Shown: positions 1-10,043 of the stretch, piece after piece
Layout of the letters: the number at the start of each line of letters is the position of its first letter
How positions within the stretch are numbered: position 1 is the stretch's first letter
Assembly (NCBI GenBank): GCA_020717845.1
Contig: DYDG01000002.1
Location: forward strand, 1 to 53,488
DNA: 53,488 nucleotides
From: Marinifilum sp.
GTDB taxonomy: Bacteria > UBA9089 > CG2-30-40-21
Direction: 5' to 3'
The notes under the pieces: model-generated
The model's database searches: none
What the model was told of the DNA's origin: nothing
Seen by the model: only the letters and a program-made list of their open reading frames with translations
Program-made: the position numbers and the translations under genes

Positions 1-42
1 TTATTCATAGCTCTGTGGTAAATTACCCTATTGCACAGGTCG

Positions 43-1053
43 CTATTTTTTACCTGTAATCCGTTTTATTTCTTTATCGAAATCAGAGATATAGTCCTTA
101 TCCTGTTGAATACGGTAAACCTCATATTCCTGTTCAGCCTTGAGTTTTGCCTCCAATGCGACTATTTTGCCCTTATCCTGCAAGATCGGATAGTTAGACA
201 ATTCCAGAAAGTTATGCAGAAATTCAACCCAGTCGGTCATTTTCATCAAAATCTGGCGATGCGCTCTGTTTTCAGCCAGATCAAGGTAGGCCGAGACGAT
301 CTGATTCAGTTCCTTGATGTGGGCTTCACCCAGGTAATTTTTAGCAACTGCAACATCAGATTTTAAGATTTTGCCATCCGGTGCATGTTTCCAGTTAGTC
401 AGCCCCATGTAGATTTTAGTCGCATCTGCTGAATCATAAATGATTTCAGCGGCTGTTTTCCCTGTGATGGCCCAATGCAGCTTGTTTTGCACTGTGGCAA
501 AAAACTCTTTGGTAATAGGCGCATTTTTATCATAATCAACAGACAGAGCGTATGTATCTGTAATTTTCTGATAAAACCGGCGTTCGCTGGCCCGGATTTC
601 CCTGATACGTTCTAACAATTCGTCAAAATAATCTTTACCAAAAACCTGATTGCCCTGCTTAAGCCGTTCATCATCCAGAACAAATCCTTTGATGATGAAC
701 TCTTTCAGAGTTTTGGTGGACCAGATACGAAATTGTGTGGCCTGATAGGAGTTGACACGGTAGCCGACAGAGATGATGGCGTCGAGGTTATAGAACCTTA
801 TGTTATAGCTTTTGCCATCACTGGCAGTTGTTAGGAATTCCCGAACAACTGAATTTTCATCAAGCTCACCTGTTTCGAAAATATTTGATAGATGCTCACT
901 AATGGTTGCTTTTGACTTTCCAAACAGCTCACCTATTGCCTTCTGGGTCAGCCAGACGGTTTCGTCTCTCAGCATTGCATTGATATTGACTTGCCCATTG
1001 TTTGATGTATAGAGAATAAAGCCAGATTGTCGTTCAGTTAGTTCATTTTTCAT
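43..1053 (-). CDS. Virulence RhuM family DNA-binding protein
   Basis: 336 aa with ETVWLTQKAIGELF, YNLDAIISVGYRVNS and ERIREIRASERRFYQKITD motifs typical of the RhuM family. Confidence 0.9.
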   Translation of the reverse strand: MKNELTERQSGFILYTSNNGQVNINAMLRDETVWLTQKAIGELFGKSKATISEHLSNIFETGELDENSVVREFLTTASDGKSYNIRFYNLDAIISVGYRVNSYQATQFRIWSTKTLKEFIIKGFVLDDERLKQGNQVFGKDYFDELLERIREIRASERRFYQKITDTYALSVDYDKNAPITKEFFATVQNKLHWAITGKTAAEIIYDSADATKIYMGLTNWKHAPDGKILKSDVAVAKNYLGEAHIKELNQIVSAYLDLAENRAHRQILMKMTDWVEFLHNFLELSNYPILQDKGKIVALEAKLKAEQEYEVYRIQQDKDYISDFDKEIKRITGKK

Positions 1054-1093
1054 GAGAACCCCCTTCTTTTTGGTTATGCCTTATCCGGAATTC

Positions 1094-1205
1094 ACACACC
1101 CCTAACCCCTCTTATTAGAGGGAAATACAAAGAATCCCCTCTTGAGAGGGGGTAGGGGGTGTGTATCTTCCCTATAGAAATTCCCCCAATTCACTGACGC
1201 ATTAC
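1094..1205. repeat. REP/MITE-like palindromic element
   Basis: acacacccctaacccctctt...gagagggggtagggggtgtgt inverted repeat. A related copy lies at about 37777-37825. The end tcactgacgcattac matches the terminal repeat of the element at 40753-40945. Confidence 0.7.
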
Positions 1206-1366
1206 AATTCCTTAGCTCTTTTATTCATTTCTACAGATATTGTTAACATCCTTTTAGCCCAGGGTTTAATAGAATTATTAATAGTCCTGCATGGTGCTGG
1301 TGAAGAGTATCTTATATAGTTTGATTTTTTATGATTCTCAAGGGATAAGTTAAGTTGTTGTGGCAT
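1202..1366 (-). pseudogene. 54-aa ORF whose N-terminus copies the leader of the 840-aa methyltransferase
   Basis: Manual translation MPQQLNLSLENHKKSNY versus MEQQLELAIENHNKPNC at 6664. The upstream RBS regions are also similar (aagaaggaaatgatcaaacATG vs agaaaggaatgaattaacATG). Confidence 0.55.
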
Positions 1367-1394
1367 GTTTGATCATTTCCTTCTTAAGTGATGA

Positions 1395-1450
1395 GACCAG
1401 AATTCAGCGGCGGCACGTAAGTGCCGTCCGCTGCAATAATTTTTTAGACA
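1395..1450 (-). other. Degenerate integron attC-like site
   Basis: Minus strand just after the HNH stop reads gtctaaa-aaatt-attgcagcggacggcac-ttac-gtgccgccgctgaat. This is an imperfect hairpin with two extrahelical bases. The R'' box is degenerate and R' is missing. Confidence 0.6.
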
Positions 1451-1466
1451 TCCTAAACTTTCTTCG

Positions 1467-1727
1467 TCATTTCTTCTTGTAAGGGTACTTATCGCTTTTC
1501 CTTCGATTCTCTTCCCAGTGGAGTGGCTGAATGTTCTTGGGAGTATCTGTTCCACCTTTTGATAGTGGGTTCTTATGATCTATCTCCCAACCATATTCTC
1601 CCTGTGTTCCATACGAAGGCTTGCGAATCAAAATTCCTAATACATCTTTTCCCCATACTTCAGGATTGCGTCCAGGAACAGGTTTGACTTTTTCCCACAC
1701 CTTGTCTATTTGCTTCTTGCTTGCCAT
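1467..1727 (-). CDS. Small HNH endonuclease
   Basis: GWEIDHKNPLSKGGTD..NIQPLHWEENRRK HNH motif; aggagg RBS. Confidence 0.9.
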   Translation of the reverse strand: MASKKQIDKVWEKVKPVPGRNPEVWGKDVLGILIRKPSYGTQGEYGWEIDHKNPLSKGGTDTPKNIQPLHWEENRRKSDKYPYKKK

Positions 1728-1796
1728 GATAACACCTCCTTTTTATCAATTTACTAATCCACCCAAATTTGATTACTTTTTAAGCCCCATTATCTA

Positions 1797-4157
1797 TCAA
1801 TAATATTTCCCATGAAACCATCTTTCTGTCATTCCCCTAATCTGTATACCATTTATAAGCCCTACCCCTGTCTTTTCAGCCTCTATCTTCCCATCCTGAG
1901 TAAAGTCAGAAGTGGTGATACATATTGCCTTATCTTTATCCCTTGCCATCTGATAGCTATGCAATCTCTGGATTGGAGTACTCCCCACATTATGCCTCCA
2001 ATTCTTGCATTGAAATATTACCTTAGAATCGTTTATCTTTGCCTCTATATCTACACCCTTATCGCTGGGACTGCCAGTGATAACAACATCTTTGTAACCT
2101 TCTTTTATTAATACCTCTTTTATGAGTACTTCAAATTCCTTGCCTGAAAGTGTATGTAAGTCAATCTTACCTGTTGCCTTAATTGGTAAAATTATCTTCT
2201 TTTCAATAAATCCCTCATTAGTTTCATCGACATAGTTTTTCAGAACACTTATAATGAAACCCTTATCCTCATTGATGGATTCTATGGCATCCTTATCACC
2301 ATTATCTAAATACAGGCTTAAATTATAAATATAATCGTTATAGTTAAACGCCTCTTTCTTTTTGAGAAGGTCTTCAACTATCCTTGGTGTCCAATCAAGG
2401 ATTCTATTTTGGATGGTTTCTTTTCTGAAGTCCTCAAAGATGGTTATATCTATCTTAGGTAAGAGTGTCTGATTGGGAAGTATATCAAAATACCTCTTGA
2501 TTAATAAATGAATGAGTTTTGCATTTAAGTAGAGTATTTTAAATCCTTGAGATCTTGCTTCGCTGAGAACTATATCTACTGCCTCAAGGAATTTCAATTC
2601 CCTTTTTTCTTTTATGTAGCGTTGCAAGGTGTTATAAACTACTTTATCAAGCCAGACATCACCTTCATAGTAATATTTTTCAGTCTCATCAAGTTTTAGG
2701 AAAAATATAAGGCTATCTGAAGTTATTGACCAATTTGACGACCAGAGGTATCTCATGGAAGGGTCAGCTTTTGCGTATGCAATTCTATGGATTGGCTCAA
2801 ATCCTGCTTTTCGAGCTGAGAGTTTTATCCTGTTTATTATCTCCATCCATCTTTTCTTACCCGCTCTGAAAAATAATACACAATAACCGTAAACCTTTAT
2901 CTTTTTACTGAAATGGTCAAATATCTCATCTAAAGAAGAACAATACTGTTCCCATCTTCTTTTATTATTCCTTTCAGGGCTATCAGTTACAATAACCTCT
3001 TTCTGTTTCATATAGTTTGAGAATTTCCATGTTTCATCACCTGTCCAAAAATACAACCAATCCCTGAAAAGCTGGTTTCTCTCAAGGTAAGGGACAAGTT
3101 CAGAATATGGAGGTTCTGAGAATATCAAATCTACTGAGCCATCAGCTACAGGAATATCATTATAACTCAAGCTGTAAATATTTCTTATAGAATCTGATTT
3201 TAATACTTCTCCAAGCCCCTCATCATCAAACTTAAACTTCATGACTTTGTTAAACCTATCCTCAAAACACAGCCATACATTCCTTTCCATACAGCATTTA
3301 TCAGGGATATGGTACAAATCTTGACTCTTTGCCTTATAATCTGTAATTTTCATTAAATGAAGTGCTGTTACCAATGCCATCTGTAGGAATTCTCTCTCAG
3401 AGGATTTTTCAAGTTCAAGAATTGCCTCTTGAAGCAAACATAAAGCATACTGGTTTCTCTTAGTGAAAAAACAATCGTAATGGTCAGTTTTGCCCGGGGT
3501 AATATTTATTCTCGCATTTATAATTAGATTATGAGAGGGAAATCTATATCCTGAGTTAAGGTTTACAGAATCAATTTTCTTCTTATCAACCTCACTAAAT
3601 TTCTTTTTACGGTTTTCACATTCAGGACATCTGTAAGCCATAACTATATTTTTACCATCATCCATATATAAGTGTGGTGTAGGGTTATAAAATTCCATTG
3701 GATTCAGGTCAAAATATAACCTATCTATGTAGTTTTGTTCCCCACAGCATACGGTAGAATACAAATCCATTATCTTTTGCTTTATTTTACCTTCTAATTC
3801 CTTAAAGAGAGTAATTATCTTCTTTTTATCCAATGACTTTAAAAATGAATCAACAAGATACCATGAATAATTATCAATATCGCCTGCTGTAATCTTACAC
3901 TTATTTCTGATAGCCTCGTAGACAATAATACCTGAACCCATAAATGGGTCGTATAGATGAATTTCGTTTGTTTGACTAATCTTTTCAAAATAGCTTATAA
4001 CTCGGGAAGCGATATCACTTGACTTTCTACCGCTGAATATATATGCGTTTTTACAACAAGCCCATGGGTTAACCTCTGCAGACATTATTAACTCACCAAT
4101 CTCTTTAATTGTAGTTCTTGTTTCCTTTTGTTTCTGTGGGTCTAATAGCCAATACAT
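1797..4157 (-). CDS. DNA methyltransferase-like domain fused to a C-terminal Mrr-family restriction endonuclease
   Basis: DPFMGSG motif I, Cys pairs and SEPPY (variant motif IV). C-terminal EFEVLI..SDKGVDI..FQCK..TTSDFT fits the Mrr catalytic domain. Confidence 0.85.
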   Translation of the reverse strand: MYWLLDPQKQKETRTTIKEIGELIMSAEVNPWACCKNAYIFSGRKSSDIASRVISYFEKISQTNEIHLYDPFMGSGIIVYEAIRNKCKITAGDIDNYSWYLVDSFLKSLDKKKIITLFKELEGKIKQKIMDLYSTVCCGEQNYIDRLYFDLNPMEFYNPTPHLYMDDGKNIVMAYRCPECENRKKKFSEVDKKKIDSVNLNSGYRFPSHNLIINARINITPGKTDHYDCFFTKRNQYALCLLQEAILELEKSSEREFLQMALVTALHLMKITDYKAKSQDLYHIPDKCCMERNVWLCFEDRFNKVMKFKFDDEGLGEVLKSDSIRNIYSLSYNDIPVADGSVDLIFSEPPYSELVPYLERNQLFRDWLYFWTGDETWKFSNYMKQKEVIVTDSPERNNKRRWEQYCSSLDEIFDHFSKKIKVYGYCVLFFRAGKKRWMEIINRIKLSARKAGFEPIHRIAYAKADPSMRYLWSSNWSITSDSLIFFLKLDETEKYYYEGDVWLDKVVYNTLQRYIKEKRELKFLEAVDIVLSEARSQGFKILYLNAKLIHLLIKRYFDILPNQTLLPKIDITIFEDFRKETIQNRILDWTPRIVEDLLKKKEAFNYNDYIYNLSLYLDNGDKDAIESINEDKGFIISVLKNYVDETNEGFIEKKIILPIKATGKIDLHTLSGKEFEVLIKEVLIKEGYKDVVITGSPSDKGVDIEAKINDSKVIFQCKNWRHNVGSTPIQRLHSYQMARDKDKAICITTSDFTQDGKIEAEKTGVGLINGIQIRGMTERWFHGKYY

Positions 4158-6664
4158 TTTTTATAATACTCCTTATCCTTAATCCTCTCCATTGCAATTT
4201 TCAGGTATTCTTCATTCCTTTCTATCCCGGTACATCCTCTTTCATAAATATCTGCTGCCAAGGGAATACTCCCTACCCCCATAAATGGGTCTATTATATT
4301 ATCCTGTGGATTTGTACATCCAAGTATAAGTCTTTTAACCACCTCTAATGGCTTCTGGGCAGGGTGTTTTCCATGTTTTTTTTCTCTTAAGGGTGTCAGG
4401 GGGACATCCCACACATTTCTCATTTGCTTGCCATTATTTAATTCCTTCATTATATTGTAATTAAAAGTCCAATTTTTAGCTTTTTTGGGATTGTTATTCA
4501 CCGCCCATATTATGTATTCTGTGCTTTCGCAAAGCATCCTCTGGGTAATATTAGGGAAGGCATTTCTCTTATACCAGGTGATAGAATTCACAATTCTTAT
4601 CTCTAATTCATTTAAAATCTCGCCTATGGTAAAAATATTATGCATACTTCCAAAGATAATGATATTACCGTTTTCCTTTACCACTCTTGTTATCTTTTGA
4701 ATCCAATCCTTAGTGAACTTCACATAATCTTTATTGGAAAACTTATCCCAATCTTCAGATATCTTTGTGAATTTCTTTTGTTCTGCCCAGTAATCATTTG
4801 ATTTAAGCCAACCAATCTTCTTTTTATGGTCATATCCGGAGATGTTGTATGGTGGGTCAGTGATGCAAGCATCAAATTCATTTTCTCCAAATTCATCCAA
4901 CAAAGACAGACTATCATCAAGATAAAATTCCAAATTCCTATCTTTAAATTTAAGATTACCTTTAGGCTTTAGTGTCCAGGTGTTTTTATCCTTATTGTAG
5001 AGACAAACATCTTCTAAACAACCTGGCAGGTCTCTGTACTTTGTAGAAAGTTTATGAAGTTCTCCTCTCTTATACAACCCTTCAATTAAACCGCTATTAA
5101 CTATCTCGGATGTAGATGCCTCTCCTCCTTTAGCAGATAAAATTTTCTTTACCAAAGTTCTAAGTTCTATCTCTGAATCCCCTGTTTTTTTCTCCTTGGT
5201 TATAGATTTCTTTCTTTTCTGAAATATCAGGAGGCATTCCCCTTTAATTGTAGACTTAGGGCTATTAATTTGCTTATAGGTATACTTATTTCTATGGACA
5301 GGGATTTGCTTAATAAAATCAAACCCGGCATTAGTACAGGCATCAAGGAAATTGCACCAATTCTCAAGTTTAGTATCATTAAACCAGACACAGGCATACT
5401 TATTGGGTTTCAGCACATCATGGATTAATTGAAAGGATTTATGTATATCCTCAAAATATCTTTTGAAGTCTTTGCCTTGTTCCCGATTGCTTACTACAAT
5501 TTCATCCTCTAACACAGCCTTATATCCAGTGAAATATTCCCAGAGTTTTAAGTATTCTGAATAAGCAACGAGGTCCATATAAGGTGGGTCTGTCAGCACA
5601 AAATCAATACTATCAGGAGGGATTTCACCATTACTTATTTTCTGGAATGGTTTATTGAGAATAACCACAGAGTTTGTATTTATATTATTGTGTGTTTTCA
5701 TCCTTATCAATTTATCAAATCTATCTTGAAATAGATACCAGATATTTCTTTCTACTCGTTCTTTAGTTGGTATCCAATAGGGGAACTGAGATTGGGACTT
5801 ACGGTCAGTGAATTTAGCAAGGTGAATACATGAACTCAATACTGCAACAAGGTCTTCTTTTTCCGAGCAGTCTTCAAGTTTAAAGATAATTTCTTTTATC
5901 CTTTTCATGAAATAAAACGCTCTGTTAGGAAAGATATCCAATATATACATTCCATTTTTAATAGCTATCCTCGAATTTGGTAAAAGTTTCATAGATTCAT
6001 CAGGCAATATTTTTAATTCCTCATTAATTGCCATTTGTATATTAACTTCTTCATTGGAGATGTCCCTTTTATAAGTTCTTCCGCAAGAAGGACAATAATA
6101 TTGTAGCATCTTTGGAATATTCACACCATCTTTATAATCATATTCTATTTTTAATAGACTTCCTGAACCTCTACATTCCAAACATAGTACCGAATAATAT
6201 TTTTCAAGTTCATCTTTTAATTCAAATTTGACTTGCGATAGAAAGGTTTGTAGACAAACCAGATCACTTTTTCTCAATATAGTATCAAGGATTTTGACAG
6301 GAAGCTCATTTATTTCCACTCCAATAGGATGTATCCCTTTATTTTGTCTTAATGCCTCAAGAATAGTTGTCCCAGACCCCATAAATGGGTCTAAGAGTGT
6401 ACCTTTATCTGGCAGGAAGGATTTTAATACTAAATCAGTTACATTATGAGGCTTTTTTGACCAGTATAAATGCCAGTCATACATAAACCCCTTTTGGGTA
6501 GGGGTAATTTTAGAAATCTCTTCTTCTAACTTATCAAAATTTATATCCATAGCTTGCTCCGAGTTTGGGATATGAATATTGATATCCTTATTCAAATGGA
6601 AGGATTTATCAAGGCAGTTTGGTTTGTTATGATTCTCAATGGCTAACTCAAGTTGTTGTTCCAT
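4142..6664 (-). CDS. Double DNA amino-methyltransferase (two MTase domains in one chain)
   Basis: N-domain has DPFMGSG, CxxC/CxxC and TDPPY. C-domain has ITDPPY, HPAQKP and DPFMGVG in beta-class order, resembling DpnA. Confidence 0.88.
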   Translation of the reverse strand: MEQQLELAIENHNKPNCLDKSFHLNKDINIHIPNSEQAMDINFDKLEEEISKITPTQKGFMYDWHLYWSKKPHNVTDLVLKSFLPDKGTLLDPFMGSGTTILEALRQNKGIHPIGVEINELPVKILDTILRKSDLVCLQTFLSQVKFELKDELEKYYSVLCLECRGSGSLLKIEYDYKDGVNIPKMLQYYCPSCGRTYKRDISNEEVNIQMAINEELKILPDESMKLLPNSRIAIKNGMYILDIFPNRAFYFMKRIKEIIFKLEDCSEKEDLVAVLSSCIHLAKFTDRKSQSQFPYWIPTKERVERNIWYLFQDRFDKLIRMKTHNNINTNSVVILNKPFQKISNGEIPPDSIDFVLTDPPYMDLVAYSEYLKLWEYFTGYKAVLEDEIVVSNREQGKDFKRYFEDIHKSFQLIHDVLKPNKYACVWFNDTKLENWCNFLDACTNAGFDFIKQIPVHRNKYTYKQINSPKSTIKGECLLIFQKRKKSITKEKKTGDSEIELRTLVKKILSAKGGEASTSEIVNSGLIEGLYKRGELHKLSTKYRDLPGCLEDVCLYNKDKNTWTLKPKGNLKFKDRNLEFYLDDSLSLLDEFGENEFDACITDPPYNISGYDHKKKIGWLKSNDYWAEQKKFTKISEDWDKFSNKDYVKFTKDWIQKITRVVKENGNIIIFGSMHNIFTIGEILNELEIRIVNSITWYKRNAFPNITQRMLCESTEYIIWAVNNNPKKAKNWTFNYNIMKELNNGKQMRNVWDVPLTPLREKKHGKHPAQKPLEVVKRLILGCTNPQDNIIDPFMGVGSIPLAADIYERGCTGIERNEEYLKIAMERIKDKEYYKKCIGY

Positions 6665-6716
6665 GTTAATTCATTCCTTTCTAAATACTTCAATGAATTC
6701 AATTGAACTCATATAT

Positions 6717-6745
6717 AATATACCATATTTTCTAAAAGCTGTCAA
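6717..6745 (-). promoter_or_regulatory. Sigma70-type promoter for the MTase operon
   Basis: TTGACA-17 nt-TATATT on the minus strand about 50 nt upstream of the ATG at 6664. Confidence 0.6.
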
Positions 6746-6753
6746 GTATTTTT

Positions 6754-7653
6754 TTACAATTCAGGCAAGACAATACTTATCTGTGTTCCGGGAAAGAAAC
6801 TAAGTGCGGATTGTTGAGGTTTTGTGGCATCCCATTGCGGGACTATGCCTACCTTTGCCATTCCTGAGCGAATCATAATTTTACCATTCCATTTTTGGAC
6901 CAATTTTCTGACGCTGGTTAATCCGTGTCCCCTGCCTATGTCATCATATCGAGATGCACTCTCAAATAAGGCAAGCCTGATGGCTACTGAATCAGACCAA
7001 TCCTTACTATACAAATGGCTATATTTTAGCGAAAGAGATTCTTTTACCCCTATTCCTAAATCCATTACAGAAATCTTCACTACCTTTTTACCAAACTTTT
7101 TCCCATAAAAATACTTTTGGATACCCACATAGCCTACATCCTGGCTATGTTCCGGAATATTCTGGCAAACCTCTGATAGGGCAACAATGAAGGAATCAAT
7201 CGCCATATTATCATAATGGAGATGCGTCCGGAGAATGATCTCGGCACCCCTCTTCACCCTATCCACTATCGAATGAATGTCATCCGAACCCTGTATTTTT
7301 GTCATCTCAAGCAAGACATCTGAATGCCTGCTTCGCAAGAATCGTTCCCCTATCTGAACTGTGGAAATATCCATCTCAAAGGGAGGGCTGGCATTCTTGA
7401 AAAAATCCATTCGCTCAAGATATTTTAATACATTCACTGATTCGGGGAAGTTCAGTATTGGAGCAATACCCAGCTTCTTCCTCAAATACCAGCCAAATTC
7501 CAGTAATCCAATCATTCCATAGGGATCGATAAACTCAATCTTTTCTAAGTTGATGATAACTTCGTTCCCTATCATGTCCCGATTAGATTGTAGCAATAGA
7601 TGCTCAAATGTATTTTCGTCTAAGTATGCAGGTGAGGATAAATTACATGGCAT
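6754..7653 (-). CDS. STAS-like plus HATPase_c-like ATP-binding protein
   Basis: INLEKIEFIDPYG (STAS-like); SEVCQNIPEHS N-box, MDLGIG G1 box and GRGHGL G2 box. Confidence 0.75.
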   Translation of the reverse strand: MPCNLSSPAYLDENTFEHLLLQSNRDMIGNEVIINLEKIEFIDPYGMIGLLEFGWYLRKKLGIAPILNFPESVNVLKYLERMDFFKNASPPFEMDISTVQIGERFLRSRHSDVLLEMTKIQGSDDIHSIVDRVKRGAEIILRTHLHYDNMAIDSFIVALSEVCQNIPEHSQDVGYVGIQKYFYGKKFGKKVVKISVMDLGIGVKESLSLKYSHLYSKDWSDSVAIRLALFESASRYDDIGRGHGLTSVRKLVQKWNGKIMIRSGMAKVGIVPQWDATKPQQSALSFFPGTQISIVLPEL

Positions 7654-7732
7654 AATGTCTCCTCCTGTTCTTAGCCAGATGACTATAATCCTAAATTTAA
7701 GGTTGACGCGGCACTATACAATCAACCCTCTG

Positions 7733-9361
7733 CTAACATTCCTGCTTCAATCGCGAAATATGACCCCTGCCCATACCCTTGACCTCACACCCCAATCTCA
7801 GGTATTCCTTGATCCTTGCATCAGAAAGGATACAGAAGCAGTCAACAACTGCTACAGGCTTACCAACCATCTCTACCAGACTGGCTGGTTCAATCTTAAG
7901 ATATTCCTCGTGTGGAACAGCAAAGATTACACAATCAACATCCTTGCCAGACAGACAAGCAGTTAAATCCTGCTGCACCCTCAAGTCTGTTAACCCTTCC
8001 TGATTCTGGAAGAATCGTGACCATGAATGACCTGGTGACGGGTATGTATCCTGCTTCTCAAGCTCCCACCAATGGGATACATAAGGGTCATGAACAGCAA
8101 CACTTGCCCCCATTTCTGTAAGCTTACGAACCACAACCTCTGAACCGCTGTAGCGTGTATCGCCAACATCCTTTCGATAAGAGGCACCCATTAAAAGGAT
8201 TTTAGCCCCTTTAACCGTTTTGCCCATGTCTTTTAATGCCCCTTCAACAAGCTCAGCTACATGAAGGCTGCGTGTATCATTGATATTTATGGCCATGGTT
8301 GTCATCTTAAAGATTTTATCATCAAATCCAAGGATATTATTGTATGCCCATGCCCCCAATGCCCCATCCTTTGGCAGGCAATAGCCGCCAATACCAGGGC
8401 CAGGGAAGATAATGTTGTTATGGGTTGGCCGCACCTTTATAGCATTAACAACCTTGATAAGGTCTACCCCTGTTTTTTCAGCATACAGGCTCCATTCATC
8501 AAGGAATGCCAGCATGGTTGCCCGAAAGCTATTTTCAATTATCTTAGCTGTTTCAGACTCAATAGGCCTATCCAGAACAGTCAAGGGATACTCTTTTGTA
8601 TTAAGCACCTCAGTAAGGAACATGGTTACCTTTTCCCGACTCTCCTTAGTCACCCCGCTGCAAACCCGCCAGAAGTCACGAATAGACTTGACATACTCTC
8701 GTCCAGGCATAACCCTTTCATACGAATGGGCAAGTAATGGCTCTGTGGAGATTCCTCTGTTTTTAAATTCTTCCTGCAAAATAGGATAGGCAACAAACTC
8801 TGTTGTGCCTGGAGCAACAGTAGTCTCGATCAAGACAAGGGCTTCTGCCTGAATATTCTGTCCAATAACACGGATAGATTTTTTTAAGGCATCCATGTCT
8901 GCATGTCCGGTAGAAAGGTCACCCATAGATTCCTTGAGATAGTCGCACTGAACATCTACCACCACCACATCAGCCAATTTGAGGGCATCATGGGTATAGG
9001 TGGCGATAAGCGTTTCCTTTTCCTTCACACACCGCTGGATCATCTCATCTACCTCTGGATCCTCTGCCTTAACCGGAGAAATACCCTCATTCAGGTAATG
9101 TATCTTCCAGAAAGACCGAACCGATGGCCGCTGCATGCCAACAACAAACTTCTTTGGCTTTCCTGTCTGCTTATCCACGCTATCCGCGACCACCCCGGCC
9201 ATAACAGCACCCACAAACCCAACACCAACCACAACAACAATTTCATACCCCTCATCTCGTTTCTTGCCGACAATTTCTTTTAGCCGTTCAAACTCCTGAA
9301 CATACTCCTCTTGCGTTGGCAGGGCAAAACCCTTGCCATCTGGACTCATTGAATACTCCAT
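7733..9361 (-). CDS. Nucleotide-sugar dehydrogenase (UDP-glucose/GDP-mannose dehydrogenase family)
   Basis: GVGFVG Rossmann motif, ETTVAPGTT, ERVMPG, PGPGIGGYCLPKD catalytic Cys motif, SYRKDVGDTR. Confidence 0.92.
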   Translation of the reverse strand: MEYSMSPDGKGFALPTQEEYVQEFERLKEIVGKKRDEGYEIVVVVGVGFVGAVMAGVVADSVDKQTGKPKKFVVGMQRPSVRSFWKIHYLNEGISPVKAEDPEVDEMIQRCVKEKETLIATYTHDALKLADVVVVDVQCDYLKESMGDLSTGHADMDALKKSIRVIGQNIQAEALVLIETTVAPGTTEFVAYPILQEEFKNRGISTEPLLAHSYERVMPGREYVKSIRDFWRVCSGVTKESREKVTMFLTEVLNTKEYPLTVLDRPIESETAKIIENSFRATMLAFLDEWSLYAEKTGVDLIKVVNAIKVRPTHNNIIFPGPGIGGYCLPKDGALGAWAYNNILGFDDKIFKMTTMAININDTRSLHVAELVEGALKDMGKTVKGAKILLMGASYRKDVGDTRYSGSEVVVRKLTEMGASVAVHDPYVSHWWELEKQDTYPSPGHSWSRFFQNQEGLTDLRVQQDLTACLSGKDVDCVIFAVPHEEYLKIEPASLVEMVGKPVAVVDCFCILSDARIKEYLRLGCEVKGMGRGHISRLKQEC

Positions 9362-9393
9362 AATATCCTCCTTATAATTGTTAGATGGTCTCC

Positions 9394-9606
9394 TTATACA
9401 TTAATTTTCTTGAACTCCTTTATTTCTTTGACTATATCATCAACTGTATATTTAGTAAAAAGTTGTTTGCGTTCTTCAGTATAGTCTCCGAAACCAACAG
9501 AGAAATAATTGATAAACCTTGCCGTGTTTGCAGGACCGATTTGAGCTGTCAGAATATGCATCGCATCACTTATGACTTCGCACATGGGTTTTTGTTCAAT
9601 AATCAT
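9394..9606 (-). CDS. Small putative antitoxin partner of the PIN protein
   Basis: 70 aa with GPANTARFI..GDYTEERKQLF; 4-nt overlap with the PIN gene. Confidence 0.65.
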   Translation of the reverse strand: MIIEQKPMCEVISDAMHILTAQIGPANTARFINYFSVGFGDYTEERKQLFTKYTVDDIVKEIKEFKKINV

Positions 9607-10043
9607 AATTTAAGCTCCTTTATCAAGTCTGTTGGTGAAAGCACTTTTACCTTGTTCACCTTCTTTGACCTTGCCTTTTTAATAATTTCATCATCACATG
9701 TACAAAAAAAGTCAGCATTGCCTGCTTCCGCAGAAGCTAAATGCAAAGAATCAACCCCTCTGAAGCCAAACTGTTCCAACTCAACTGCACGTTTTTTGAT
9801 TTCTTCTGTAAGAGATACATCTATTCTCGCTTTTTTCAGGACATCTTCAGCATATTCACGTCTGACGATATTCTGGCAGTTTCTGATTTCAAACCTTAGA
9901 ATATCCGAAGTAATCAAATCAGCATGTTTCCCTTTACAAAATTCTATGAGTCCAAGTATTGAGTCAGCTTCAAGTATAATTCTTAGTTGACGTTTTGTAT
10001 CTAAGGGTCTTTGAATACCGCAAGTGTCAATATATATTTTCAT
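9603..10043 (-). CDS. PIN domain protein (VapC-like toxin)
   Basis: IYIDTC, conserved Glu, DSLHLASA and FCTCDD acidic PIN motifs; overlaps the valS stop. Confidence 0.88.
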   Translation of the reverse strand: MKIYIDTCGIQRPLDTKRQLRIILEADSILGLIEFCKGKHADLITSDILRFEIRNCQNIVRREYAEDVLKKARIDVSLTEEIKKRAVELEQFGFRGVDSLHLASAEAGNADFFCTCDDEIIKKARSKKVNKVKVLSPTDLIKELKL

